This document shows, piece by piece, positions 29,194-38,818 of a stretch of 64,000 nucleotides of DNA. Origin of the DNA: a candidate division FCPU426 bacterium (lineage in GTDB: Bacteria; Oederibacteriota; Muellerivitia; Muellerivitales; Muellerivitaceae); contig CAWKAR010000050.1 in assembly GCA_963847625.1 (NCBI GenBank), forward strand, positions 32,001-96,000, read 5' to 3'. Position 1 is the first letter of the stretch. Every line of letters starts with the position of its first letter. The notes below the pieces were generated by a model. The model ran no database searches. It saw nothing but the letters and a program-made list of their open reading frames with translations, and was not told where the DNA came from. Both the position numbers and the translations under genes were made by a program.

Positions 29194-30540
29194 TTAATAA
29201 AGGCTCCCGGCGCGGCGTTCTCCCAGCAAGTGGTAATTCTTATCCTGGATGGCTTTCGCCACCTGGTCCCGGTTCAGGTAAAGGGATTGCTGGGGCATCC
29301 GGTGGAGGATCAGCCCCAATTGGAAAAAGAAACTTACCACCAGGCATATCCTGCCCAAGATCCTGCAGATGGGTTTCACCGCCAGGCGATCCCAAACATA
29401 AAAGGAAAATAGGACCACAACCGGAAAGTAGACAAAATAAATATGGGCCACCGGCTCTTTCTGGGTGAACCAAAAGCTCATATAAAGCGTGAGGAAGGCC
29501 GCCCAGGCTAAAAGGTAAACCGCCAAAGCGTCCGGACGGAAGGCGCTTTTGATCTTTCCTTTCGCCAGCAAAACCAACGGCTGGATCAATCCCAGGCCCA
29601 GCATGACGAGGGGCTGAATCCAGCCCGCCAATATCAGGAAAAGCCCGCAGGGAAACAACCACGGGACCTGCTTGACCAAAAAATCCCAACGGTCATTAAA
29701 GTGATCCCCGATGAATTGGGGTATCTCGTAGCAGGCTAGGGAAAGGTAACGCGCAAGAATCGTCACGAAGTCGAGAGCATGACTGCCGTTGAAAAGTGTG
29801 ACCGTGCTTCCACCGGCGAATATACGATCCCATCCGTAACGCAGGAAGGCCGGCAGGACCAGAGCCACGGGGGGAAGCGAACCCAGGATGAAATAGAGGG
29901 CACCCTGTGAAGCCCGGCCCCAACCCGCCCGGCGGCCGTAAAGGAAAAGCGCGGCCGGAACGAAGGGTACAAGCAGGATCCAGGAGAAATGAAACTGCAT
30001 GTCCCAAAAGAGGCCGAAACCCATCAGGGCGAAAGCCCAGGAGGGGCCGGGAAATCCACCGGAAAGGGCCGGGATGGCTTCCAGGACCCCGATGAAAAAA
30101 AGGACGCTTCCAAACAGCAGGTAGCTCGGGTTCAGCACCCAAGTCGATTGGTTCAAGGTCCAGGGCAAGAGGGCCGTCCAAGCGAAAATAAAGAGGAATG
30201 GGATTTCCTTGAGCCGCCTGGAAAGCCACCCACTCAAAAGCGCGATGGACGAAAGAGAGAGCAAGTTCAGAAAAAGAAAAGGAGCTTCCGGAATCGGAAG
30301 AAGGAAAAAGGGCCCTCCCACCAGGAAGGCCTCCAGCGCGCCGGGAATTTGGGCCCGGACCGACCCGTAAAGAACCAGGTCAGGCCCAAAGAAGGGCCAA
30401 TCCCCGGTGCAGTACCACTTCAAACCGATCAGGAAGGTTTGGAGGCGGTCCTGGTCCATAAAGTCCCCGCTCAGGCCGAAGGCCGTGCGGAAAAGGAAAA
30501 GGAAAATAAAAAGAAGGATGAATTTCATTCTCGCGGACAA
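29194..30540 (-). CDS. Polytopic membrane protein, putative GT-C glycosyltransferase (paralog 2)
   Basis: Same conserved blocks (DRLQTFLIGLK, WPFFGPD, QIPGALE, MQFHFSW, LGERRAGS). Confidence 0.6.
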   Translation of the reverse strand: MSARMKFILLFIFLFLFRTAFGLSGDFMDQDRLQTFLIGLKWYCTGDWPFFGPDLVLYGSVRAQIPGALEAFLVGGPFFLLPIPEAPFLFLNLLSLSSIALLSGWLSRRLKEIPFLFIFAWTALLPWTLNQSTWVLNPSYLLFGSVLFFIGVLEAIPALSGGFPGPSWAFALMGFGLFWDMQFHFSWILLVPFVPAALFLYGRRAGWGRASQGALYFILGSLPPVALVLPAFLRYGWDRIFAGGSTVTLFNGSHALDFVTILARYLSLACYEIPQFIGDHFNDRWDFLVKQVPWLFPCGLFLILAGWIQPLVMLGLGLIQPLVLLAKGKIKSAFRPDALAVYLLAWAAFLTLYMSFWFTQKEPVAHIYFVYFPVVVLFSFYVWDRLAVKPICRILGRICLVVSFFFQLGLILHRMPQQSLYLNRDQVAKAIQDKNYHLLGERRAGSLY

Positions 30541-30586
30541 GGGTTTCCTTCCGAATCCGGAATCAGAGACAGTATTAAACCAGTTT

Positions 30587-31921
30587 TCAATATACGCTGC
30601 CGGGCCGGCGCTCGCCCAAGCAATGGTAGTCTCTTTCCTGCAAAGCCTTCAGGACAGGCGCGCGGGAAGGAAGCCAACATTGGCTGGGGGCTTCCTCCAT
30701 GGCCCAGGCAGCCTGAAAGTACACGGATGCCACCAGGACCAAGGCGACGGTCCATCTCCAATGTTTCCAATTCCCGAGCCAGGACCAAACATAACAGGAA
30801 TAAATCATGACCAAGGGGAAAAAAACGAAATAAATATGGGTCATGGGTTCCTTGGTGGTGTACCAGAAGCTTACGTAAACCATCACGAATATGGCCAACA
30901 GGAGAAGCTTCAACTCCTTCCAGGCCGGCAAGGCGCTTTTACGTTTGAACCAGGCGAAGAACAGGATGGCCGCTTGGAGGATGCCCAATACCCAGAGAAA
31001 CGCGCCGGGCAGCGCCAGGTAAGGATGGGCCTTCAGGAAGGAAACGCGCTCGTGGGTTCCTCCTCCGATCCACCGGGGCAATTCGAAGCATGCAAGGGAA
31101 AGGAACCGCCCCAGTATGACGTGTAATTTCAAGAAATTAACCTGATTAAAAGAAATGAGGAAACCGGACACGGTTCCAGAAGAACCGAAACCATATTTCA
31201 GGCAGGTGGGGATCAGGAAGGCGGCGGTAGGAAGGCTTCCCAGGAGGAAAAACAAAAGGGGTTTCGGGCCGGGCTTCAGCCTCCATTGGGCGAGCAACGA
31301 AAAGGCCGCCAGGGGAAGCAGGTAGACCCAGGAAAAGTGGAATTGCATGATCCAGAAGAGCGAGAAACCCATGAAGAAGTTGGCCCAGGACGGGGGAATC
31401 CGGCTGACGGAAAAACGGGGGATGGATTCCAGGAAACCGATTGTAAAAAGAACGCTGGGTAAAAAGATATAAGAAGGGTTCAGCACGCGGGTGGATTCCT
31501 GGATCGACCAGGGAACCACGGCGATCCAAACGCAAAGCCAGGGAAAGGATAAGGAAGGAATTCTCTCCCGGATATACCAGGCCAGCAGGAGCACCGCCGC
31601 GGCGGAGATCAAGTTGAGGAACACATAGGGGGATTCGGGAAAGGGAGCCAAACGCAGGGGGAGGGCGATGAAGAGGCCTTCCAGGGCCCCGGGGATCTGG
31701 CTGTGGAAGTTGAGGTTCTCGCCGCCGGCGATGTCCGGCCCGAAATAAGGCCAGGTGCCGGTGGTCAGGCATTTCAACCCGATCAGGTAGGTCTGAATCT
31801 CATCGATGGAATTCCACCTGGAATTGAGCAGGCCGAAACCGAGCCGGAAAAGGAAAATACCCAGAAAAAGAAATAAAATCTGGCGTTTATTCATGCGGGA
31901 AAGGACCTCTTTTAAATCCAT
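30587..31921 (-). CDS. Polytopic membrane protein, putative GT-C glycosyltransferase (paralog 1)
   Basis: Same conserved blocks (DEIQTYLIGLK, WPYFGPD, QIPGALE, MQFHFSW, LGERRPGS). Confidence 0.6.
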   Translation of the reverse strand: MDLKEVLSRMNKRQILFLFLGIFLFRLGFGLLNSRWNSIDEIQTYLIGLKCLTTGTWPYFGPDIAGGENLNFHSQIPGALEGLFIALPLRLAPFPESPYVFLNLISAAAVLLLAWYIRERIPSLSFPWLCVWIAVVPWSIQESTRVLNPSYIFLPSVLFTIGFLESIPRFSVSRIPPSWANFFMGFSLFWIMQFHFSWVYLLPLAAFSLLAQWRLKPGPKPLLFFLLGSLPTAAFLIPTCLKYGFGSSGTVSGFLISFNQVNFLKLHVILGRFLSLACFELPRWIGGGTHERVSFLKAHPYLALPGAFLWVLGILQAAILFFAWFKRKSALPAWKELKLLLLAIFVMVYVSFWYTTKEPMTHIYFVFFPLVMIYSCYVWSWLGNWKHWRWTVALVLVASVYFQAAWAMEEAPSQCWLPSRAPVLKALQERDYHCLGERRPGSVY

Positions 31922-32392
31922 TTCTAATAAGTTGCTAAAAAAACTCCAAAACGGATTTTTTCAGCTGACGACATTTGCGGAAACCCCACGATTCCTGCCC
32001 TGTTTCATTAGGTATCTATTAAAGATAACTGGGCATGCCATTTTGTCATTATGAGATTTATATGAAAAAATGGCGCGGAATCTTTGGGGTCGCAGGCTGC
32101 TTGGTGGGCCTATTATTACTTTTTCAGCCGCCTGCTAAATCCAAGCCATTTTATGACCGACTTGGGGTAAAAATCCCTTTGAATTTTTGTTGTTTTCCTG
32201 TCCCGCTTTTTGAAAAAAACAACCGATTGCAATGATTTTCATCTTATTTACTGCGAAAAGCGTATTGAACCGGATGATTTTGTAGAGTGAGTTAAAATGA
32301 ATGTAACCTTAGTGTTTTCAAGAAACTTATCTATAAAAGATTCAAGTATGAGCGATAAAATATAAAAATCTACGCCACACTGAGAGTAGCCA

Positions 32393-35300
32393 GTGACACA
32401 CTTTATCGCTGTTGAAATCGTTCTCCCAACCCTTTTTGAGGATTTGGGAAATCCCGATATCGAGCCGGTCCTGGCTACGCAGTATTACCTCCTCGAACAA
32501 AAATTCCAGGCCCATTCGGTCATCCACATGAAGCGCACGCCCCGGGGCATCCTGGCGGTTTTCGAGGGTACCGACCCCCTGCCCTGCCTATTGGAAATCC
32601 AGTCCGAGTTCTTGAAATTCGTCTGGAAAAATTACGGTAAAGGTTCGCTCCAAATCGCCGTCCACACCGAGAAGCAGGGCCAATGGTGGGACGATTTCCG
32701 GGGCCCTGAATTCGACCACGTGTCCGCGCTTTTAGCGGCTTCCCGCCATGGGCAGATCCTCCTCACCGAGGAAGCGGCTTCCCACCTGGCCCCGGCCCCG
32801 AATTACTTATTCAAGGACTTGGGCGTTCATTTGTTAAACGACCTTTTAGCGCCGAAAACCGTTTTTTCCCTCCGCCCCGCGGGATCGGCGGTCTCCGAGG
32901 AGTTGGCTCCCCGGTCCCTAAGAAGCTATCCCCAAAACCTCCCTCCCCAGGCGACTCCTTTCTTCGGCCGGGAAGAAGAGCTGGTGGAGATTACCGCGAA
33001 CCTGTTGAACCCCGCCACCCGCCTGGTGACCTTGGCGGGACCCGGGGGTTTCGGAAAAACCCGCCTGGGATTGAAAGTGGCCTCCCAAGTCGTTGCGCAT
33101 TTTCCGAACGGGGTGTATTTCGTCCCGCTGGCCCAGTTGAGCACGGACGTTCACATGGTGACGAACCTCGCCCACGCCGTCGGATTCCACTTCACCGGCA
33201 CGGAAGATTCCCAAAGGCAGTTGTTCCAGTTCCTCGCGGCCAAAAAAATGCTGATCCTTCTGGACAACTTCGAGCACATTTTGGAAGGAGCGGGCGTGGT
33301 CAAGGCCCTCCTGGCGGCGGCGCCGGGGGTGAAGGTCCTGGTGACCAGCCGGGAAAAGCTCCGGCTGGAGGATGAGATCGTCATCGAGGTGAAGGGGCTT
33401 TCCTACCCGGAGGAGAGTTACGGGGAACAAGCCGCCTCTTTCAGCGCTGTCCGACTTTTCCTTCGAAGCGCGAAGGCTTTCGCGGCGCCCGCCTTCAATC
33501 CCTCCCCGGAGGATTTGGCCCAAGTGGGGCGCGTCTGCCGTTTCCTGGAGGGGATGCCCCTGGGGATCGAGCTGGCCTCGGTGTGGGTCAAGTCCCTCTC
33601 GGTGTCCGAGATCGCGGATAAGATCTCCGCCAACCGGGATTTCGTGGCGGCGGAAATGCCCTTCCTGCCCGCCCGGCACCAGAGCCTGAGGGCGGTTTTT
33701 GAGTATTCCTGGGTCCTTCTTTCCGGGGTCCAAAAAAGGGCCTTGAAAACGGCCGCGGCGTTCAAGGGGGGGGTCACGCTGGAGGCGGCCGGCCAAGTGG
33801 GCGCCGTTCCCCTCTCGGTTTGGCCCCAGTTGGTGGAAAAAAATCTCGTGAGCGAGAAGTCCAAGGACTTTTTCGAATTGCACGACCTCGTGAAATATTA
33901 CGCCAAGGAAAAGCTCTTCGAGGATCCCGTGGAGAAGGAAAGGGTCCTGGACGCCCATTGCGCCTACCTGGCCAAAGTGCTCCGGCAGAAGGAAAAGGAA
34001 CTTCAAGGCCCCCAGCAGGGAAAGACGCTGGAATACCTGGTGGGGCAGATGGGGAACATCCGTGACGGCTGGAGAAGGGCCGTGGAAAATGGGCGGGAAA
34101 GCCAAATAGAGGATTACCTGGACTGCCTGTTCAACATCTACCAGTACAAGGGATGGACCCAGGAAGGCGCGGAAGTTTTCGAGCAGGCGGGCAAGTCACT
34201 GGGGGAAAAGGCCGGGGGCCGCGTCCGGGGAAAAACCGCCCTGCTCCTGGGAAAGATCTACTCCCGGTGGGCGTCCCTCCTCCAGCAAATGGAAAAGTGG
34301 GAAGAAGCCGTGCGGATTTTCAAGGAAAGCCTCAGGCTCTTGAAGCCCGCTAAAAACCTGAAGCAGGAGGGGTTTTGCTACAACGGCCTGGGGGTGGTGC
34401 TGTTCGACATGGGCCAGGGAAAGAAGGCCGGGAATTATTTCAATAAGGCCCTAGCGGCCTACCGAAAAGTCAAGGACCCTTCCGGGATCGCCCGGTTGTA
34501 CAACAACCTGGGGAACAGCGGCTTGAGGGCCGGACATTTCGCCATGGCCCGCAACCTGATCCAAAAGGCGCTTTCCTATTACGAGAGCGCGGGCGACTTG
34601 AAGGGATCGGCCGATTCCTACATGCTCCTGGGAATCATCCAACGCGAGTTGGGCATCTATCCGGAGGCCCGGGACTTATTCCAGAAGGCCCTGGGCTCCT
34701 ACGTGGAATGCGACAACCGCAGGGGTATGGCTTGGTCCTTCACGAACCTTGGGGTGGTGGCGGAAACCTCGGGGGACTTCAACGGCGCCAGGGAAATGTA
34801 CCAGGAAGGCTTCAGTCTCCATGAGGAATTGGGGGACCGCAAGGCCATGGGCTGGTCGAAGGGCCTGCTGGGCTGGGTCCATTGGTCTATCGGGGATTAC
34901 ACGGCGGCCAAGCAATACGTCCACTCGGCCCTTGACGACTTCCAGTTCGTGGGCGACATCCGGGGTCAAGCTTGGGTGCTATCGATGTTGGGAAACCTGG
35001 GGATAAGCGAGGGAGATTTCAAGGAGGCCAGGCGATGCTACAACGAGTGCCAAGCCCTTTTGAAAAAGAAGGAAGTCATTTCAGTGGATAAGGCATGGCA
35101 CCAGTACCATCTGGGGGACCTTTTGGACGCCGAGGGAAAGCCCGAGGAGGCCTATCCCTATCTCAAGACGTCCCTGGCAGGGTTTCGAGCCATCGGCAAG
35201 AACACGGGAATCATCACCGCACTGATCCACCTGGCGGAGATGGAATGCGAGAAGGGGATGTTGGGGAAAGCTCGGAACCGCCTGAAGGAAGCCATCGAAC

Positions 35301-35623
35301 GGGCGCTCGCCACCAACTCGAAACCCCACCTGACAGAGGCCATGGTGGTGCTCGCCCAATGGTTAATGGCGCAAGGGGTGAATTCCAACGCCTTCGCCTA
35401 CCTGAGCTTGGCCGTGAACCACCCCACCTGTCGGCGCCAGACGAAGGATAAGTCCGCGAGGTACCTGACCCACCTGCAATACCGGTTGCCGCCCGGGGAG
35501 GCGGAAAAAATATTGAGGTGGACCAAGACCGTCCAACTTGAGGAAGTCGCCCGGGGCTGGCTTTCCCAGCAGGGAAAAAGCCCGAAAGCCCGAGCGAAGA
35601 AAACCCGGAAAAGAACAGGATAA
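32393..35623 (+). CDS. STAND/NB-ARC-like ATPase with TPR repeats and a degenerate N-terminal class III cyclase-like domain
   Basis: NLP...FFGREEEL, GPGGFGKT, LLDNFE, LVTSRE, GMPLGIELA motifs; long TPR array. Confidence 0.85.
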   Translation: MTHFIAVEIVLPTLFEDLGNPDIEPVLATQYYLLEQKFQAHSVIHMKRTPRGILAVFEGTDPLPCLLEIQSEFLKFVWKNYGKGSLQIAVHTEKQGQWWDDFRGPEFDHVSALLAASRHGQILLTEEAASHLAPAPNYLFKDLGVHLLNDLLAPKTVFSLRPAGSAVSEELAPRSLRSYPQNLPPQATPFFGREEELVEITANLLNPATRLVTLAGPGGFGKTRLGLKVASQVVAHFPNGVYFVPLAQLSTDVHMVTNLAHAVGFHFTGTEDSQRQLFQFLAAKKMLILLDNFEHILEGAGVVKALLAAAPGVKVLVTSREKLRLEDEIVIEVKGLSYPEESYGEQAASFSAVRLFLRSAKAFAAPAFNPSPEDLAQVGRVCRFLEGMPLGIELASVWVKSLSVSEIADKISANRDFVAAEMPFLPARHQSLRAVFEYSWVLLSGVQKRALKTAAAFKGGVTLEAAGQVGAVPLSVWPQLVEKNLVSEKSKDFFELHDLVKYYAKEKLFEDPVEKERVLDAHCAYLAKVLRQKEKELQGPQQGKTLEYLVGQMGNIRDGWRRAVENGRESQIEDYLDCLFNIYQYKGWTQEGAEVFEQAGKSLGEKAGGRVRGKTALLLGKIYSRWASLLQQMEKWEEAVRIFKESLRLLKPAKNLKQEGFCYNGLGVVLFDMGQGKKAGNYFNKALAAYRKVKDPSGIARLYNNLGNSGLRAGHFAMARNLIQKALSYYESAGDLKGSADSYMLLGIIQRELGIYPEARDLFQKALGSYVECDNRRGMAWSFTNLGVVAETSGDFNGAREMYQEGFSLHEELGDRKAMGWSKGLLGWVHWSIGDYTAAKQYVHSALDDFQFVGDIRGQAWVLSMLGNLGISEGDFKEARRCYNECQALLKKKEVISVDKAWHQYHLGDLLDAEGKPEEAYPYLKTSLAGFRAIGKNTGIITALIHLAEMECEKGMLGKARNRLKEAIERALATNSKPHLTEAMVVLAQWLMAQGVNSNAFAYLSLAVNHPTCRRQTKDKSARYLTHLQYRLPPGEAEKILRWTKTVQLEEVARGWLSQQGKSPKARAKKTRKRTG

Positions 35624-35685
35624 AATTGAGGGGGTCGGTTTTCCTTTTAAGGACCCGACTTTGCCAAATCGCGGGTTGCCTCACG

Positions 35686-35777
35686 TTTCCCCCTCTGAAA
35701 GAGGGGGAAAAAGGGGGAGTTAGTCTTTCCGTACCGTTCTGACAACGACTAATACCCCCCTTCCCCCCTTTTTCAAA
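35686..35777. repeat. Inverted pair of C/G-rich REP-like hairpins; the second is split by the IS1595 element
   Basis: TTTCCCCCTC-TGAAA-GAGGGGGAAA, and reconstructed TTCCCCCCTTT-TTC-AAAGGGGGGAA (right half at 37752-37759). Confidence 0.7.
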
Positions 35778-35892
35778 GGGACTTATATACTTAAGTCCGT
35801 TTTTTCTTTTTTCCCTTATTTCGTGGTTTATGTGGCCCATAGGCAAAAATCCGATTTAAAAGAATATTTATTTTTTCTTTTGCCTTTGCCAT

Positions 35893-36810
35893 TCAAACCA
35901 CCTCTGTTAATTTTTTGTAAGTAAGCCTTTTTCCAATCGAAGCATCAATAAGACTTGTCAAACGCTCTTGGGTTGTGCGGGTTACGTTTCCATCATTCAA
36001 ACGGAAAGTGAATTCATTGACATAACGGGCTAAATGTTTCTTTTCCACCCGACCATGATAAACCCCGTTCAAACCTCTCTTTAAAATCGCCCAAACACTC
36101 TCAACTCCGTTAGTGGTTACATCACCACGGACATATTCTTCTTTGCTATGAGTTACAAATTCATGTTTGTATTCAGGCATTTCTTTATAGGCTGTTGCTT
36201 CATCCGTAAAAATTTCGGAACCCGATTCAACATTTTCGCGAACGGCTTCTTTGATAGTTGGAATCTTAACGTTGTTTAATGGTTCAGCGATAACCAAGCC
36301 GTCATCTTCTCGCATTCCTATAACCGGAACCTTTCCACGAGTACCACGACCGCCTATTCTTTTATTTGCGTGTTTGTTTTTTTCTTTACCACCCACATAA
36401 GTTTCGTCAATTTCAATAACGCCATTCAGCTTTCCCAAATCTTGCCCGCAAGCTTCCCGAATACGCCCAAGCATGAACCAAGCCGACTTTTGAGTAACCC
36501 CGATCTCTTTTGAAAGTTGCATACTAGATATTCCTTTACGTGCTGTTACCAAAAGGTACATGGCATATAACCACTTGTGAAGAGGTATATGGCTTCTCTC
36601 GAAAATGGTTCCAGTTCGTACCGTAAAGTCCAGGATGCAAACATTACAGCAATAAAATTCAGGTTTGCGGTTGCCGATTCTCTTGGTTTCTCCGCAAAAC
36701 GGGCAAACTGGGCCATTGGGCCAACGAAGTTTTTCAATGTGTTGCCTTGCGGATTCTGCATCCGGAAACATTGAGAAGAGTTGGAATGTGCTAATCGCTG
36801 TGTTTTTCAT
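35893..36810 (-). CDS. IS1595 family (ISXO2-like) transposase
   Basis: RWPNGPVCPFC...CNVC zinc ribbon, KGISS, EIDETY, FTDE, TNGVES, YVNEFTFR. Confidence 0.95.
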   Translation of the reverse strand: MKNTAISTFQLFSMFPDAESARQHIEKLRWPNGPVCPFCGETKRIGNRKPEFYCCNVCILDFTVRTGTIFERSHIPLHKWLYAMYLLVTARKGISSMQLSKEIGVTQKSAWFMLGRIREACGQDLGKLNGVIEIDETYVGGKEKNKHANKRIGGRGTRGKVPVIGMREDDGLVIAEPLNNVKIPTIKEAVRENVESGSEIFTDEATAYKEMPEYKHEFVTHSKEEYVRGDVTTNGVESVWAILKRGLNGVYHGRVEKKHLARYVNEFTFRLNDGNVTRTTQERLTSLIDASIGKRLTYKKLTEVV

Positions 36811-36931
36811 TGTTTTGCCTCCCTAAAATCATCTACTAAAGGCATTATACTTGACTCCGGATACGGAGTCAAGTATCTAATGTATTTTTGTGTTATAATA
36901 AACCCAATAAATCCATAAGGATACCAACCCC

Positions 36932-37693
36932 ATGGCCGATACTAATAAAACCCAAGACCAAAATAAGGATGAGGAGAAACCAAAACAAGATGGGAATATA
37001 AGGGGAATCGACTATATAAAGAGCGAAATAGAAAAGCATCATGCCAGCAAAGAAGAAGAAAGTTCCATAGATAAATCGGCAAGGAGAACAATGTTTGCAA
37101 GTTGGGCAATGGTTATTTTGGCCGCTGTTTCGATTTATGTGAATTGGAAAACATTGAGAGTTTTGAACAACCAATATGAAACTATGAAAGGGCAATTGGA
37201 AATAGCTAGTAAACAAATTTTTGAAATGCAGTCCGAACAACGAATAGACCAAAGAGCTTGGATGGCATCTTCCGGGGTTAAACCGCATTGGAATGGTGAT
37301 GATCCTGATGATTTTGAGATATCCATTATAAACACAGGCAAAACACCAGCTTTGGGATGTGTTGTGGTTACAGGAACATGCGAATTTTTGAAAGATGTGA
37401 ATAACTTTTTCGATCATCCGCGCATTGCTAACCCAGAAAGCCAAGCCTATGGAATGATTTCTCCAGGAAATAATGTTCGGAGTGGTGCGGGTCCAATATT
37501 TCCTGATGTAATAAAAAGGGTTCGGGATGGTAGTAATGGCGGGAATTTTTATGTTTGTGGATGGATTGCCTATAGCGATATCTATAAAGTTAAACATCGA
37601 ACCGAATTTTGTTATGGGGCTAGTCCCAAATCCAATTTCTCTATCTTTAGTATGCAAGGGAAACACAATCGAACAATAGATATAAATAAATAG
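36932..37693 (+). CDS. Hypothetical single-pass membrane protein (IS passenger)
   Basis: One TM helix followed by a coiled coil and a beta-rich domain; lies inside the IS ends. Confidence 0.75.
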   Translation: MADTNKTQDQNKDEEKPKQDGNIRGIDYIKSEIEKHHASKEEESSIDKSARRTMFASWAMVILAAVSIYVNWKTLRVLNNQYETMKGQLEIASKQIFEMQSEQRIDQRAWMASSGVKPHWNGDDPDDFEISIINTGKTPALGCVVVTGTCEFLKDVNNFFDHPRIANPESQAYGMISPGNNVRSGAGPIFPDVIKRVRDGSNGGNFYVCGWIAYSDIYKVKHRTEFCYGASPKSNFSIFSMQGKHNRTIDINK

Positions 37694-37801
37694 AATGAGG
37701 AATTTCAAATTCCCCTCTTTCCGGACTTAAGTATGTAAGTCCCTTTTCAAAGGGGGGAATCATCACAAGCGATATGCTTTTTGAAATTTGCCAAAATTGA
37801 G

Positions 37802-38818
37802 TTAAGGTTTCCATTTCGCCAGGAGGCCCAACGCGACCAGGAGAAGCACGAAGGCCGCGGCCCCCTTGCGGTCCCCTTCCAGGGAGCCTCCCGTCATGGC
37901 CTGGAGGACCCCGACTAGGGCGATGACGACCAAAAGCATGCCGCCTCCCCAGTAAGCCATCCCGATGGCGGCGGCGACCACCGCCCAGCGTTCCAGGTCG
38001 TCCAGGCTGGACATGCCCCGGCCCCCATCCAGGGGTGATATGGGGATCAGGTTGAAAAGGTTGATCCAAGCGTTGGTGGAAACCAGCGCGGCCAGGATGG
38101 GAAAGGGCCAAAAGAACCAAGTCCCCAGCAGGGCCAGGGTGGCGGCCAGGCCCGCCGCCGGGCCGGCCAATCCGATGCGGGAATCCTCCACGGCGGAGGC
38201 GGGCCTTTGGGTCAAGCGGATCAAGGCGCCCAGCCCCGGGATGAAGACCGGCAAACTCGTCTTGAACCCGTAACGCCTCAAGGCCGCCACGTGGCCCAAC
38301 TCATGGATATAGATGGCTCCCATCAACCCGGCCGCGAAGGCCCATCCCCAGGTGGCCCAATAAACCCCGAAACTTCCCAAAAGGCCCAGCATGGGCAACC
38401 CGCCCTTGAAACCCAGCATTAGAAGTTTGGCCTTGGAGAGCACCAATACCAGCGCGGCCTTGAACTTCAAGAACAGGGCGCCGATACCGGCCAGCGCCGC
38501 CCCCAGGTTTTTGGGTTTCAGGGATTTTTCCTTGGGCCGGGACAGGGTCTTGGCGCCGCCGCCCTTGTCGATCCGGGCGGAGAGGTCCCTTAATTTCTCC
38601 TGCAAATGGCCGCGCTGGAGGCTGTCCGCCGGCAAAAGTTCCACCGCCTGGCGCAGGGCATCCGCGGCCTGGGATAAATCGCCCGCGGTTTCACATTCAA
38701 GGCTGAGGCTCCAAAGCTGCTTGAGCTTGTCCCGGTGGGTCAAGGTGCCGCAGGAAGGGCAAGCCAGCAGGGAAGGCGGGTATTGGGAAGAACATTGGGG
38801 GCAGGTGTTGGCGTCCAT
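37802..38818 (-). CDS. Site-2 protease (M50 family) with N-terminal zinc ribbon and TPR-like helices
   Basis: HELGH, LAGP, NLIPISPLDGG; start at MDANTCPQC overlaps the upstream stop (ATGA). Confidence 0.88.
   Translation of the reverse strand: MDANTCPQCSSQYPPSLLACPSCGTLTHRDKLKQLWSLSLECETAGDLSQAADALRQAVELLPADSLQRGHLQEKLRDLSARIDKGGGAKTLSRPKEKSLKPKNLGAALAGIGALFLKFKAALVLVLSKAKLLMLGFKGGLPMLGLLGSFGVYWATWGWAFAAGLMGAIYIHELGHVAALRRYGFKTSLPVFIPGLGALIRLTQRPASAVEDSRIGLAGPAAGLAATLALLGTWFFWPFPILAALVSTNAWINLFNLIPISPLDGGRGMSSLDDLERWAVVAAAIGMAYWGGGMLLVVIALVGVLQAMTGGSLEGDRKGAAAFVLLLVALGLLAKWKP

Larger units (their letters stand above)
35778..37743 (-). mobile_element. IS1595-family element with a passenger gene
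   Basis: 22-bp terminal inverted repeats GGGACTTATATACTTAAGTCCG (21/22 match), 8-bp target duplication TTTTCAAA at 35770-35777 and 37744-37751, AT-rich relative to flanks. Confidence 0.93.

Noticed and set aside
36893..37708. 271-aa minus-strand ORF inside the IS1595 element
   Set aside because: Antisense shadow of the plus-strand passenger, which has the more protein-like composition and domain layout.
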